This document shows positions 23,450 through 37,600 of a stretch of 64,000 bases of DNA, one piece after another. The notes beneath the pieces are model-generated. The model searched no databases and was not told the origin of the DNA. It saw only the letters and a list, made by a program, of their open reading frames with translations. Both the position numbers and the translations under genes were made by a program. Every line of letters begins with the position of its first letter. Position 1 is the first letter of the stretch. The DNA comes from Orbicella franksi (Eukaryota): assembly GCA_964199315.1 (NCBI GenBank), contig OZ116702.1, forward strand, positions 8,990,001 to 9,054,000, written 5' to 3'.

Positions 23450-26400
23450 GTGATTGACTGGGGTTGCTTGCAGTTTGAGAGAAAGCATCATCGAGACGAG
23501 CAATTCTTTCCAAGGAGTAGTTAAGCATAGTCGCCGGAAATTTTGCTTTGAGTTTTTCAATCAAATTTTTGAGCATTTTCGTGCATATTTCAGGCTCCAT
23601 TGACCCGATCATTCTGATCTGGTATCATTAGAAAGATCTTTTCCTCCTGCAATAGCCTGTGTACGTCCGCGCCCTAGCTCTCCTCAAAAAAAGCGCAAAG
23701 AGACAAGTCTATGTGCGGGAGTAGTTAATCGTGTTCCGCACCCCGGGTGGTGTTCCTGGAATGTTTGGAACGTACGCTGATTGGTTGTTATACTAGTCTG
23801 CAATACGTAAGGCATTTCCCGTTTTTTTTTAATTGGTTAACGTTAATCGATCATTTCCTGCAAATGCCGCGCGGGTTAGAGAAACCAGGCATTTTCGATC
23901 CGCCTGAAAGGTACACACCACGAGAAGTTTGTGACAAGCCGCCCAAATGTCTAACATTCTCACATATGTTCGAGTTTCGCCAGCAACTACAGACGTACAG
24001 AAATTTAAATACCGGCAACTGTTGAGATCTACATGGAGGATCGACACCATGGTCTTACCTGAACAAAGCCAATGTCATATACACCACGCAAAACAGTCAA
24101 CATTTGATTTATGTGGTGTCAGAGCGAACAATTTTAAAAAGGATGGCGGTATAAACCTGAACATCGAGCTCAAGAGACAAAAGCTCGATCAAATTGATGC
24201 AAGAAAAATGAGAACGTCTCTAAACAAACGTATAACTTTTTCCAAATAAAGTTACAGCAATCTCTGATGAGGCAGGACGAAGATAAATGTGATATCCGCG
24301 ATAAAAAGCAAAATACTGTACTTCCAAGCAGTTCTTATTAAAGAGCCGGGCCCAGCGTCACAACATCTAATGTAAGTAAGCGCAATATTAGTTAGTAATA
24401 ATAGTTAACGAATATTTCAAACTTTGTTTCCCTCCCCCCCCCCCCCCAGAGAGCTTTTAAGCTTTTTTATATTTTAAAAAACACATCTTGCAATAGAATT
24501 GAGCTTATTTAAAATAAACAAAGTATACTGGCACATGGCAAATTACAGAGGTGTCTCGAGGTGTCAGACTCTGCGAAGCGGCATGTCAGATAACAGCGGA
24601 AGTGATGCAGACCTGTGGAAAAAAAACACATGTATGCCGGCTTTTCTTCCTTCTGTGATTTTTTTCTTTTTTACCAAAAATAAGGGGGCTTGGGGAGCGG
24701 GCCCCTCCCCTAGATCCGCCACCTGCCTTTGGACCTATCTCAGCGGCAAAACACTGATTTGTAATTTCTCTTTCCTGTGATCATTTTCTGCTTGCCTTCT
24801 TCGTAGTTCGAAGAGTATATGCCTTACATTCTAGCTGGGAATAAGGCTGATACTTGGCGACAATTCATGAGCGTTTCAGAAAACGTTTTAGCGATCGTTC
24901 ACTACTAACAGCTCAGTTTTTTTTTTTTACTATTGATCTTTAATTTAGGAGTGTGTCCCTCCCCTTTAAACTTCCGCAACTCCAGATATATGAACTAAGC
25001 GCGAGCGCTTGCTAAAACGGACTGCGATCGCCGAACTACTCGTTCAAATGCACTCCTCAGAATTTCATACTGGGTAAATTTATTTGTCAGGCTTTCACTG
25101 AATCAATGGCATATGTATATGTAATTATTTGCTGTAAGTAATTGACGCAGTCGCGTTCACCCATGGAAAAGTGGGAGAAGATAACTCCATCCATTTTGTA
25201 GAACTTGTTGTTGTTGCAGTTTAGAATCGTTTCGAGCACCGAACAAACATAGACTGTAAAACTATTAGTGACAAAAAGCTGAGAAATTAATGTGAGCGAA
25301 ATTGGATAGGTTTCCGCAGCGGATTTGGGCAAAAACGTTTTCATGACCACATATTTCTAAAAATAATCTGAGAGGATCGTATCGCTTTCCCCGCAAATTT
25401 AACGCATTTTAAGTATATTAATATATTCGGGCTACTTTGGGTTTTGTTCGTCATATTGTTGGGAGGGAGAAGTTTTAAAACCTTTCCGCGATCTCCATAG
25501 AAAAAACTTCTGAATTCGGATTTTTTACCAGATACTTGAGATTGACGGATTTTCCGGCCTAGACATTGAACCTGATTTTCTTAGGCCACCCACCCACCCG
25601 CCCCCGACTTCCCTAAGGCAATTACGTAGCGTTTTCGTTTTAATTGCCACGTAAGACCGAGACTCGATAACAAGCGCTGGGTGGGACCCCAGAGAGATTT
25701 GAGTCACTCTTACTCGAGAGAGTCTCTGAGAAACTCTGTCGAGTCTCTGAGAGAGAGAGAGCCCTGGAGCTTCCTCTAGGTTTAAAATTTGTATCAGAAA
25801 CAAATGGATCAAAGGCATAATTTGGCATTTTTGCTCCATCTGGGCCTTTCTTCTACCTGCCACCCGCCCAATCCCTTCTAGCAAACCTTTTTTAGAAATC
25901 AAGCAAGAATGTCAACTACACGCGTTTTTTTATTATCATTTTTTGCTTCGTTTCTCTTACAAACGAGCCTTGCATGTGGACTAGTTGACTGTCTGCTACA
26001 GAGATTTTAACTAAACCTATTTCAATATACTTGTGTCTGGCATCGTTAAATTCTACTGATTTTTAATTCAGACTTCACTTATTCAACAACAGAAAAAAAC
26101 CTATTAGACCAGGCTTCTCGAGGGAAAAATTATTTAAGCTATCACACTTCTGTGCTTTGTATTACAGCCTAAACAAGTTCATTGTTTTAAAAATAGCCTA
26201 AATCGAGCTTATTAGTTTGAAAGCATCAAAACCATCGAAAACTTTTTGCCGCTGTGGTTTAACAAAGCCGCTGTAAAAAGATTACATCACCACTAAAGAA
26301 ACGACAAAGAGACGGTACACGTCTTCAAAACATTCTCTAGTATAAAACTATTTTCTAATTGAAAATTGGTATTGAAAATTAAAACATATTTGTTCATTTA

Positions 26401-28125
26401 TAGCATCAACTGAATGGGGTGACTCTCTTTACCTTGTAACTATCTGTAATGTTTCCTCTGTTTGGCAGACATGTCTTCAACCTGATATTGAGCAATTACA
26501 GCATTTCTATCAGTTCTTGCATCTACATTTTACTTCATGTATTCTGAAGTACGAATTACTTCATATATTCTACTGAAAACTACTTCTTAACCAACTGCAT
26601 CTATAACTATATCTGCATTAAATCGGAAAATATTCGTGTTTTAAACTAGGAAGAACTTGGTGTGGAATGACGCACCTACATTAACGTTTAATTTATTCCT
26701 GACTCAAGAATATAATTGAGCTACCAAGAATACTAAAGGCTCACATTTTTGCTTAGTCTGTGATTGAAAAGGCAAACCAAGGACACGTTCAAAACTGTCC
26801 TTCCTTACCAGTGACCAAGCTCTCCTTACAAAAGAAAAATGCAACAACAGCTAACAAACGGTGGTATTTTCATGTTACCACTGTAAAATATGCAAGCGTC
26901 TCTTATCTGCTTGCGTAAACACTGCTACTGTTAAAGGATAAGTTTGCTTTGTTCTCTTTAACGTTGCGAAATAACTAAACCTTAAACATCTGTATGAAAA
27001 AAAGAAGCTGTATAGTCACTACATGAGGATACTTAAATATTTTACAGAATTGACCAGAGTCATGCTTTGACCCTAGCCTCGGCTAAATATTAGAATACCT
27101 AGGCTAAGGTTTTTACGGTTCAAAAAGTAAACAAACGTAAGGTGCACCAGATGTATTGGAACCATGAACTCCGCGCCAAACAAAATACACGGGTTTGAGT
27201 TTTTCAATTCCAAATCAGAACTTCGCAATACATCGATCACTCTACATGTTCTACTTCGTTTTTAAAAATAAATTGTTCGTCATGTCTTTCGTCGAATCCA
27301 CTGATATACAAATGCAGAGGAACGTTGGCCATTAATGCTTGAAATGAGTCCTCGCTGGAGTATTTTCCGTCCAAGCACCATCCACACCCTGTCAATGCAG
27401 TTAATAGCATACATAAGTTTACATTATTATCTTAACACGTTATATTTTACGATTCGTTGTCTGATACGAATTTTGCAGCTACCCACTACAAACGCATTAT
27501 TGTCTCGTTGCGACCGGACCGTGCAGCGATCCATATACTTTACTCCCATTGTGATATCCCTGTAACCGCCAGGTACCTTAAGCTTTCTACGGCGGCGTAT
27601 TTTTGAATTTGTTCCTACAGTGGCCATTATACTCACACAAATACCCGTAAGAAGCTTGAAACCAGAGCTAAACCGTTATACTTCTTTTGCAATTCATTCA
27701 ACAGTTGACAGTTTAGTTAGGAGGCAACCTGAATGTCGAATGTAGATGCAAATGTCTAAACTTAGGTAGCTCGCTTATTCACCTTTGTCTGCGTCACTTG
27801 ACGTGTTCATGCCAATTTCGGGTGCAACAAAAATGATTTTAACGTATAATAGTAAAAGCAATTTTTATATGGGTTTTGTTTGTGACCGATATAAAGCGCG
27901 CTCTGATTGGCTAATTCTAGGGCATTATTCTCCCGTAAAGCATTCCCCGGGCCAATTTTGGGCCTGCAAAAACAAAGCAAAAGCCATATAATAAACAACT
28001 TATAAACCTCAAACGCTCGGTCTTTTCGGAAAAATCTCAAACCTAGGCAACGCCTGGGTTTGAGATTTTCCCGTTAAGACCTCAGTCACTTTGGTTAATA
28101 AGTAGTTAGTACTGTACTTATGGTT

Positions 28126-28331
28126 CGGTGCTTATCCCCGGTTTCCGTAGCATGAAGTGGCCAGGAGTATTGCTGCTCCCCCTGAATGGGATGTTAATCT
28201 ATCGCGGGGTTACCCTAGCATTCTGTGAGATTCTCCCCTCCCACCCCTCCAGCCCCCAACAATTTGCCCGCACCCATTTATACTCCTGGGTGGAGAGAGG
28301 CACTGCAAGATTAAAGTGTTCTGCCCAAGAA
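28126..28331 (-). mobile_element. Truncated tRNA-derived SINE body (no head)
   Basis: Shares cttatccc..tttc(c/t)gtagcat..ggagtatt..tgggatg..acccatttatac..ctgggtggaga..aaagtgt..ccaagaa with the copy at 61214-61492. Confidence 0.75.
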
Positions 28332-28408
28332 TGTATCGGGCCTAAAAATGGGTTCTTTTAGTAAAATGCCCCTTATTTCGTCATTAGTACTTTAATTTAG
28401 CATCTACC

Positions 28409-28690
28409 TTAGGGTATCCTGTCTTTGACTCGCATCACGATACTCTCTGAAAGCTGTAAGGCCTGCTGAGCCATCTGAGCGGTGTAAACTTCGTTAGGGA
28501 TCTTGGGTGCTTCGAACACCTGGTCTGGATATCGCATGCGCGCCGAGCAACCAACAAGTCTCTCCAGATCTCTTGCTAAGTTGGTTAACATGGAGTCATT
28601 CAAATCAATACAATTCCTAACCAAGTTGTGGTCCCTAGTATTGTTAGCATCTATTGTGTACTGAGTCGCCTTTAGTGCCTTCTCTGCTGC
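28409..28690 (-). CDS. SACS: Terminal HEPN exon of sacsin copy 2
   Basis: Acceptor ttttgttttcatatag at 28691, phase 0: AAEKALKATQY..HNLV..LERLVGCSARMRYPDQ..IPNEVYT..KDRIP, TAA at 28411-28409. Matches the sacsin C-terminal HEPN pattern. Confidence 0.9.
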   Translation of the reverse strand, partial: AAEKALKATQYTIDANNTRDHNLVRNCIDLNDSMLTNLARDLERLVGCSARMRYPDQVFEAPKIPNEVYTAQMAQQALQLSESIVMRVKDRIP

Positions 28691-31600
28691 CTATATGAAA
28701 ACAAAATTATGCAAAGTATTGCAACAGGCCAGGCAGACTGGTTACCAATAATGACAACTTAGAACGGTGACAGTTCAAACAAGGAAAGAGCGGAACAACA
28801 AAGAAGGACTTCACAGAGATTCCAAGTGTTCTAAAGTATATTATGAATATTATTTTGTAAACTCAGTTGTATAACGAAATATTTAATCGTTAACAGTGCG
28901 AGATCTCAAAAGTTTTTTTATTTTTTAACAAGCTAACCAATATCGCTGCCAGGCAATTAATGATCTTTACGGTGGCATAAAACTATTTTTACCTGATGGC
29001 ACTTAAAGCAAGCCCACTCATAGGAAGGTCTGCTGCAATCAATGTCGTTTGCAACGGCCGTAAGGTCTGCTTCAGCCTGTTTGAGCCAACGTCTGGCCTC
29101 TCCCGGCTGAGGGTTTCTCTTGCTGAAGCTTGGAGGAATATTATGCCATAGCCTGCGACCTGATGAAGATTCCCAAGGCCCGTACTCTTGGAGGAACCTT
29201 TCTATGTATTTATCATGCTGCAAACGATGCTCTCTTGCACGCGTTACCCAGGCCTCAATGTATTCGTCGTATGAACCGCCCAGTCGAAAGATTTCGTTCT
29301 TGATGTACTCAAATGCCTTTTCACAGAATTCTTCCAATTCATCTCCAAAATTTTTCTCTGGGTGCCAACGTAGAACTAGCCGCTTCACGATTTGTCGTGT
29401 GTGTTCTTCTCGTATTGTCCATGCATCCTCCAGTATCTTTGAGATCTCACCAAAAGCCTCTTCTCTATTACTGTATCTGGGGAGTTTAGTTGCCTGATGA
29501 GATATCTCTTGTATGCGGTGTAATTTGTACAAAAAGGCAGAATTGACCTCTACTGGTTCTTTGTCGTTTCCAATGTTGATTAAGTACATCTTCGTCAGGT
29601 AAATGAAATCTTGATCGATCACGTCAAGCTCCTCAATAATCTCAGCGTAGATGTACGTCGCAACGCCTTCCTCAAGTTGTAGGCTCGGGTCGTGTAGCTG
29701 ATAACCTACAAGTTCCCCTGGTGTAAATTCTGCAAAGGCGTCATTTAGTAGATGGTGCTCGTCGATTGGAATAAAGGTACCCGGCTCTAAATAGATATCC
29801 ATTTCTGCTATCTTGTAGCTGTCATCTTGTCGGATACCTGTTTTATCTAACAATGACCATATATTACTGAGCGGACAACGCAACATCTCAGGAATTAGCC
29901 ATGCATTCTTTCCAAGAAGGTCACCATAAATGTCTGCAATGACGTTGGCGATCAAGAATTTAGCCAAATCATCATCGTCAATTCCATGGCCTACATTGAT
30001 ATACACCCTGTACTTCTCTTGGCTGTCCACCTCACGTTTCTCTTTGAAGGAAGACACTTCTCGTTTGCTTCCTGGAATAAAGTGATCATTGTAAAAAAGG
30101 GCGGTTTGAAGACTTTCCACAGCACAGAGATCGATGTTTTGAAGATCTTTTTCGATATTTGCTATCACATTTTCGTCAAAATCTTTCCTGTGAGAGTTGA
30201 CGTCTCGCATGATTCTGACAATTCCATGACCAAACTGAGGACGCGTTAGCCGATGCATCAATGCGTTCACAGTTCCGCTTGTCACCTTTATACCATCAGT
30301 GAGTTTTTCTTTGACTACCGAGGATAGCATGACTGGTTGCACAGAAGCAGGCAATCTCATCATTAGCTCCTTGTAGTTGGTCATAACAGACTTAAATTGA
30401 ACGTCCATCATGCTGAGATCAAGTACAAAACGAAGGTCAAGGCTCAGAAAGCGATGGCCAAAGGCAGGCGTATCATCGAATACCAAGTCTGTAGACTTGT
30501 GCAAAGTGACAGGGACTTTGTTAAGAGACTTATCCAAGCAGCGACGTCCTGAACTCATTGCAGGTAGGTACAAAATAGGTGGCATAGCCAAATCCTGAAT
30601 ATCCTCCTGCAGGCTTTCAAACAATCCTTTAACTGCCTTGGAGCACATGCTAACCTCATCTGGTTGTAGTTTGGTATTCTGGCAATTGTCATGCAGCATC
30701 TCCAAAACCATAGCATAGTGTGTAGGTTTCACAGACTTAGAACAGCCAAGGTACTCAAACAATCGCTGAAACTTGCCAAATTCTGGAGGTAGTCTGTAGA
30801 GAAGCGGCTTGATCTCATAATCTTCATAAAGCTCGAGGACCGCTTGACTGGGCATAATGAGCTTCCTTCCTTGCTCAACCAAAATACAGGGTATAGCTTT
30901 AAGGATGTTCTTTGCTTCACTGCTTACCATTGCATTATCTTGAAGAAATCTGTAAATACGTTCCATTACCATCACCACCGTATGACAATGTGCGGGTGAA
31001 TCGATTTCCAACGGGCGAGTGCTCTCAAGGTGTAAGCAGACAGCTTTGCAGTGACGGGCAACAAGATCTACCGTTGGTTTCGTCACCACCTGTAGCTGTG
31101 CAAGGAACGTTTTGCAGTACTGGTCAATACTGCAAGGAGGAGGACAGTTAAGCTCGTATCGACGAGACCTTGGATCCGCCCACTTTGGAAGTAAGTACGC
31201 TTTAGTCCAAGCTATGTCCTCATAATCAGATAAAACTGCTCCTTTGAATGAAATGAAAGGAAGCTCCTCCTCCTCCTCCTCCTCCTCCTCCTCCAGCATT
31301 ATCACCACCTCATCCTCCATCACCACCACCACCTCCTCCTTCGGTCCTGAAAATGGTGGACACAGTGCTTGCAGTGGTTGCCTAACACAGTGCGGGGCCA
31401 CAAAGGCAATATCCCGAACAGCTTGTAACCAACCCTCTCTCACCACGTCATGTCTACAAATGAGGTGTCGGATTAGAACTTCACACTTGTCATATGTGTT
31501 ATTGGTACGTGCTGTGGCTGCTTCAATGGCCAGTTCAGTAGCAAATCTCTTAAAATGATCGAGAGAAACTTCATGAACCAGACCAATTTTTCGCAAAAAC

Positions 31601-34600
31601 ATTATCCAATCTGACGAATCAAATGGTTCCGAGGGGAAATCGTTGTCGGAGAGCATGCTTCCGAAAACATCGATACCAGGGTCGTAAAAGCAAGACGCGG
31701 TTTGTAGAGTGCCCTCTTCTGTGGGAAGGAGAGGAGTATTTCTTAAGCAGTCCAATACCCTTTGTTGTTCGCCATCCTCTTTGACGAAATCTGACAAAAT
31801 GGATTTACGGATGTATTCCAGGTGACTCTTTCTTGCGTCCTCACTTAGAATGGAGAAATTTTTCAGAATGAAGGTACAATACACGTCCACAGTGGAGACA
31901 CATTCGAGCGCCAGAAAATCGAACAACCCGGAGAGACTCTGCCAGGATTCCACAAATACAACTCTAAGCTCACGCTCCAACACGTCTATTTCCTTTCGTG
32001 GTATGCCAGTGGGAAGGACACACACTCTAGCGTCATCGAGACTTACAAAGCCTCCATGTGTTGCCAAGTAAAAAGGAAGCTTCCTGAGAGTGCTCCGATC
32101 TGTATCTTGCAAGCATCCCGCACTTCTACTGAAGTACTCTAAGATTATTCTACAATCTGACTGCTCCAATCTTTGAGTAACTGAGTTAAAGTCTGAAGAC
32201 ATCTTATGGTCAAGAGATATAAGAAGTGAAGCGGGATCTTTTAGGGACGATACCACCATTCCGGCTAAAGTAACTGAGTTTGACCGCGAGTACACAGATG
32301 TACCTGAGCTCGAGGCCGAAAGTACAGCACAATTAAGTTCAGGCAGACCAAGTTTACGCAAGACATCCACGAGTTTCAGACTTGCGGAATCTGGATTCTT
32401 AAAATCAAGGACAGACGCTGCATGTTTCAAGGGCGCAAGAAGATGCTCAGAATTTGGGACTGATCTCCAGGAGGAAAGCCAGTGGGTATTTTTTTCTTGC
32501 CTGCTCCTTGTCACGGTAACAGGGAGAATACTCCAGTTAAAGAGAGGTCCAAGAGCAGCTTTTATCTGAAGGACTTTACAACCCTCATCTAGGTTTGCAT
32601 CGCTGAGAACATCTCTTACAAGGTCGTAAAGGAAATTCCACAATCTGAATATCCATTGTTGATTGGGTATTGCTTTCTGATCTGGAGCCCACTTAACAAA
32701 CACGGCCTGTCCGTACATTTTGCGTGATAATGTTCGAGGCAAGTTGGCGGCGAAAACTTGCGCATCCAAGGGCTTCAAGACGGACGAGGTCAAGGTTGTA
32801 ACACCAGAGAAAATATTCCTGTCGACTACCTCATGAAGAAAAATGTGGGGAGAACAAGGCAAAAGATCGTGATATCGAGAAAAGATCTTAGGCTGTCTGC
32901 TTGAGAACAGTTGAAGACGTTTGTCTTGTGTAAGAAGCAATGGGAGATCCGGTAGCTTGTCGAGAAAATTTTCCGCCTCTTTGCAGTACAGCAGCACAAC
33001 TGTTACTCCAAAAGCACTTTCGAATACTGTGTTATTGACTTCACAGGGAACCGGTCCGATCGTACATAAGGGGTCTTGAGATTTGAACGTTCTGTAAAAA
33101 TCGACCATAGAACTAGGAGAAACGCAGAAAGTGGCAACATTAGATCGCTGAAATGATTCGTGTACTGCCAGGGAAAAGGCCACAAGGTTGAAACCACTTT
33201 CAAGAAGTATCACCTCAAACCGCTTTCTAAGTGTCTTTCCCTTGTCATATGTTTCCTCGAGAGATGACGTGCTAAAGGGTCCCTTTTCTGCAAGGTTGTT
33301 GAAGAATGCTTGGTGTCTTCCAGTGCCAGTTGGCGGAAGCCACGTCACACTAACCACGGTAGCACCTTTCTGGGTCTTCTTAGTTACATCCACTGTTCTG
33401 ATTCTAACTACTGGTAGAATTTGTAATTTTTTCCTATTCAATTCTTGAAAAACAGAATCGACCAGAGTCTTCCAATACTCCTCTGTGGTAGGTTGTAGTG
33501 GGAAAATAGTTTCATACGCATTAATCTTCTGGCAAATCTCACTTTCGGTATAAGCGGTTTCACCTGTAGTCACGGGAAGTTTAAGAAACGTCCGCACTTC
33601 ATCCAGCAGCCTAACGTAGCACGATGCTACGACATCCTGGAGTAAAGCATTGTTCCAGTCACTCCGATATCCGCCATGGCCACCTTCATCTCTCCATAAA
33701 TTTCTCCTTGCCTCATGGTCCAGCGCAAAGTGTCCGTTAATGTGAACTGGCAGGTTGGTTTCGAATGGTAGTGGCAGAAAGCAGTAAACTTTCTTTCTTC
33801 TTTGCGCAAGATCTCTTGAATTTCTCTTTTCCAAAAGGCAGGCCACACCACCACGTGGAAGCATCCTAAGCTGATGTGCCTTAAAGGCATCAACGATACT
33901 CTTTTTTACAGACTTCTCAAAGCCGATTTGTTGGACAATTAGCCATTTTTCCCGGTTACCAAGATTGTCAGCAATGTTCAAGACATAGGAAACTTTTTTC
34001 ACCGACACCTGACTAGTAAGAACCTCCCTCCTTTCATTTGCCATTTGACCAATCTTCTTGACGTAAGCAGAAAATTCTTGTCTCTTAGAGTCATCCTCCT
34101 TGGACATGGTTGCTTCAGCTGTGTAAACGTTCACCAACTTCTCGCCTGTTCCATCGACTTCACAGAGTTTTATCTTCTTTACATTGTTTACAAAGAGAAG
34201 GACTTCAAATAACTCCTCCTTCAGCTCTTCCATCATTTCATCTAGTTTTCCCAGAGACACAGAACCTGATGATATCTTGGATTCCCGAGCCATTTCCTCT
34301 GTTCTTAAGGGGAACCTAAACACGGTTGCGTTGTCTCTCGGAAAATGTTTTCCTAAATAGCAAGGGAAAACATCTGGGAAATCTCTCTGCAGGGTTGGGC
34401 TTACTATAAACTTCCTGCCAGGCTCTTGCGGACTTGCACCAGGAGCGTACTTGCAATTTGGGTCGAATACACACAAAACATCCCCAATGTCGTCTCCTTT
34501 CGAAACGAACGACGGTGCATCTGTCAAGTGGTAGACGGCATTGAAACCAACGCCATACTGGCCAGTCTTCTTCGGATCATCTCCCTTACTTCCTTCTCCA

Positions 34601-37600
34601 AGGTTCTGTATTCCGTCGATATCTACCTTTGTGAATGGTTTGTTGTTGTACACACACAACGCAGGACCCTGTAGCTGCTTCCAGCTGTCTTCAAACACTC
34701 TTTCTCGGGGATGTTGCCTTGGATCTTTGACGAAGCAAATCTCAGTTGCTTGGGCATCATCTGCGTTTTGAAGAAGTTCTTTCAAAATTTCTTTCTCGCA
34801 TGGGTAACCTGTTAGAATACGATTAAGGCGATTCGTCAGTTTCTCCGTCTGTCCATAAGGAATCCCAACGGCATGTCGATTCAATTCTTCTTCTCGCCGC
34901 GTTTTGACACCCACTTGGGAGCACGTTGCCCAAGGTATTTTGCCATTGACATACTGCACGCTAGCATCATCAGGCATCCAAGGACAGTTTTTAAAACAAA
35001 GATCAGGCAACGGTCGCATCACTCCTTCAGAGTCGGGAAGGTAAACAGTTCCCCACCTTTCTTGTACCTCAGATGGATGAACTTCAGACACTTGAAGTGT
35101 TTCTCCAAGTTGAACTGCCAGCTGAATTGCGACTTGAAGATTATGTTCATCTAGGTCAGTCTCGCCAAACTGTTTCTTCACTTCTTGAAGGCTTGAGATG
35201 TAGTCTTTCTCGTCAAACATTTGCTTAACACCTGCTACTTTCATTAACTTAGGAAATCCGTTAGCCAGATGCTGTGGCAGCTTGAAAAGAAAGGGCGAGC
35301 AGTCAGCTGGAAGCTTGAATGCCACGTGCTGTGCGGAAAGAAACCTCCTCCCGACAAGAATGAAACTCTTTCCCCTGAGATAGGTTTTGCATTTAGCAAC
35401 ACACTTTTCAGTAGCTTGCTCCATGTATTTATACGCTGCGAGGCAAACTCTACTTAATTCCTCGTATTCTGCAGCATTTAGTGCCTCGACGTTCACGGAC
35501 GTTGCTTGTTGAAGTTGATGCATAACGTGGTCTAATGTGGCATGCTTCTTGTCCAGGTCCAAAAGCTCTTTGACTTTTCTCGGAATAAAAACCCCGACCA
35601 ATGGTTGAGTACAGCAAACTCGGTACTTTTCCACCTCCAAGAACACTTCTTCGGGTGCGAGCAGTACCTGCAGCTGGGTACGTCTTTGAACACCATATCC
35701 TCCCCAGGGAAGAGGAAAGCTGTCTTGCTTGTTTAAAACGGGAAGAAATTTGGCCTTTACAAGACGCTGGCGATCGGTAGGTGAGATTGAGTGTCTTCGT
35801 TTTAGCTTCGTGTTCATGAAAGCTAACAACGCCTTCACTCGCTTTAACGCTGCATTACGGTCGACTGCATTTAACGTCTGAATGCTTTCAGCTCTTTCTG
35901 CAATTTCGGACCATGGAAGATTGTCGGATGCCATTCCCAGCTGTTCAAGTTTCGCAAGTCTTTGGGAATTAAGATACGATTCTTGATTACCAGAAGGAAA
36001 CCTCCCATCGCAGGCACTGAATAATGATGCTGCTTCTCTGACAGGATTTACGAGTTGGCTAGGGCACTTGAGTGTTTCACCAGATGGCGATACTGGAATG
36101 CAAGCATTCTGTTCTATCAAAAGATGGAAATCTCCACTGTTATCATCCAACGCGTGCAAGGTTAGAGCATCTCTCAAGAAAGCAGGGAGTACGCGTATGT
36201 TCTCGAAGAAGCATTCACGGAAAAATCGTTCCTTGCTGTAGCTTCTTGCACTGATTTCATTCTTCAGACTACACTTTTCGAACGAATTGAATACTTCTGA
36301 CGGTAAATCGACGATCACGTTGCTTTCACCATAAATCATTTGAAAAATTTTAAAAGAGGCCTCTCCAATTTGAGATTTTTCGCGGAACTCCGGATCGAGG
36401 AAAAGAACCTTGTTGATTTCGACCCAGTGAGCTCCATCAGAGAAAAGCGAAAGATCCCCTTTGGCAACTTGTTGATAGAAAGACTTCATCAGAGGGGAAC
36501 AGCTGTGGTGTACATTTGAAATCGTTGGCCACAGCAAATGGAATTTATATGAGCTTCCAACGGGAGCAAGTGACGTCAGATCTTCAAGAAGAATCAGAAA
36601 GGCAGAACAAACGGAATCTTGCATGAGCACTTCGTTCCATTTCACTCTATAACACGATTTGTCATCTTCAAGTTTCTCCTGCAAATGGCGTCTGTTGGAA
36701 GCAACTGCAAATGCGCCATTTATGTGCACAGGCAAACCACTGTGGATTGGAAGTGGTAGGTAGCAGAAAACAGTGCCATTGACATCCAGTCCATCGACAT
36801 TCTTGATAACTGGCGATGGCAAAAAATTGTTTGAGGTTTGTGCTAACAACTGAACCGCTACTCCTGCTGATGGAACCAGACTTGGGTCATCATGCTTCTG
36901 AACAAACTGCATTGCCTGGCCACTGCCCATTGACGACACAATAAGCCATTTTACCTGCTCCTGTTCAAAACACGAGTCAACATTGAAATAATCCAGACCG
37001 CTTTTTGTGAAATTGCAATTAATGTCCACCGTCAGCGTCGATTTTGCAAACTGCCTTGGGTCGACATCGTCATCTCTTGCGCGTCTCGTAATTTTCGATG
37101 CTACTTGAAGGAAGTTGCATTGTTTAAGGAAGTTCTGTTCTTCCCCACTGAGCTTCTTTGCTGTGGCTGGTAGCGTGACATCGTAAGAAAATGGCCTCTG
37201 TATCCCTGTTTTCGAAGCTGATTTGGTAACCTCAAACAACAATGAAGGCCGTAGATTTTGAGGTGAAAACTGTGACAAATGGTAGATGCCAACGCGGAGT
37301 ATATTCTGTGTAAAAATAAGCAAATTTTTTGCTCCTTGAAGAAACATTTGCAACAGTTTCTGCATTTCGTTGTCGTCGTAAAACAACTGCTTAATCTCAC
37401 TTCGTATCGCTTGCTCTCTTGTTCTCAGTGGAAACCGAAAAAGTGTTCCATCAAATGAGTTGACTTCCCCGTTCAGATGAAACTCGCAGCCAAATATGCC
37501 ATTGAATGGTTTGAACTGATCCCTATACTCCCGAAGTCCGTCGGCATCTTTCTTGAGATCAATCTTAATGCCTGGCCGAGCGAAGTTCTTTTCGATGAAT

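Noticed and set aside
24262-24282. Possible hammerhead ribozyme core CTGATGAG..CGAAG
   Set aside because: Lacks the required GAAA and I see no flanking stems.
26400-27640. Possible decayed exons between the paralogues (minus RFNADIVIDAVG*..; plus ATHYKRIIVSLRPD.. with AG/GT ends)
   Set aside because: Short, unassignable, and cannot be joined into a gene model.
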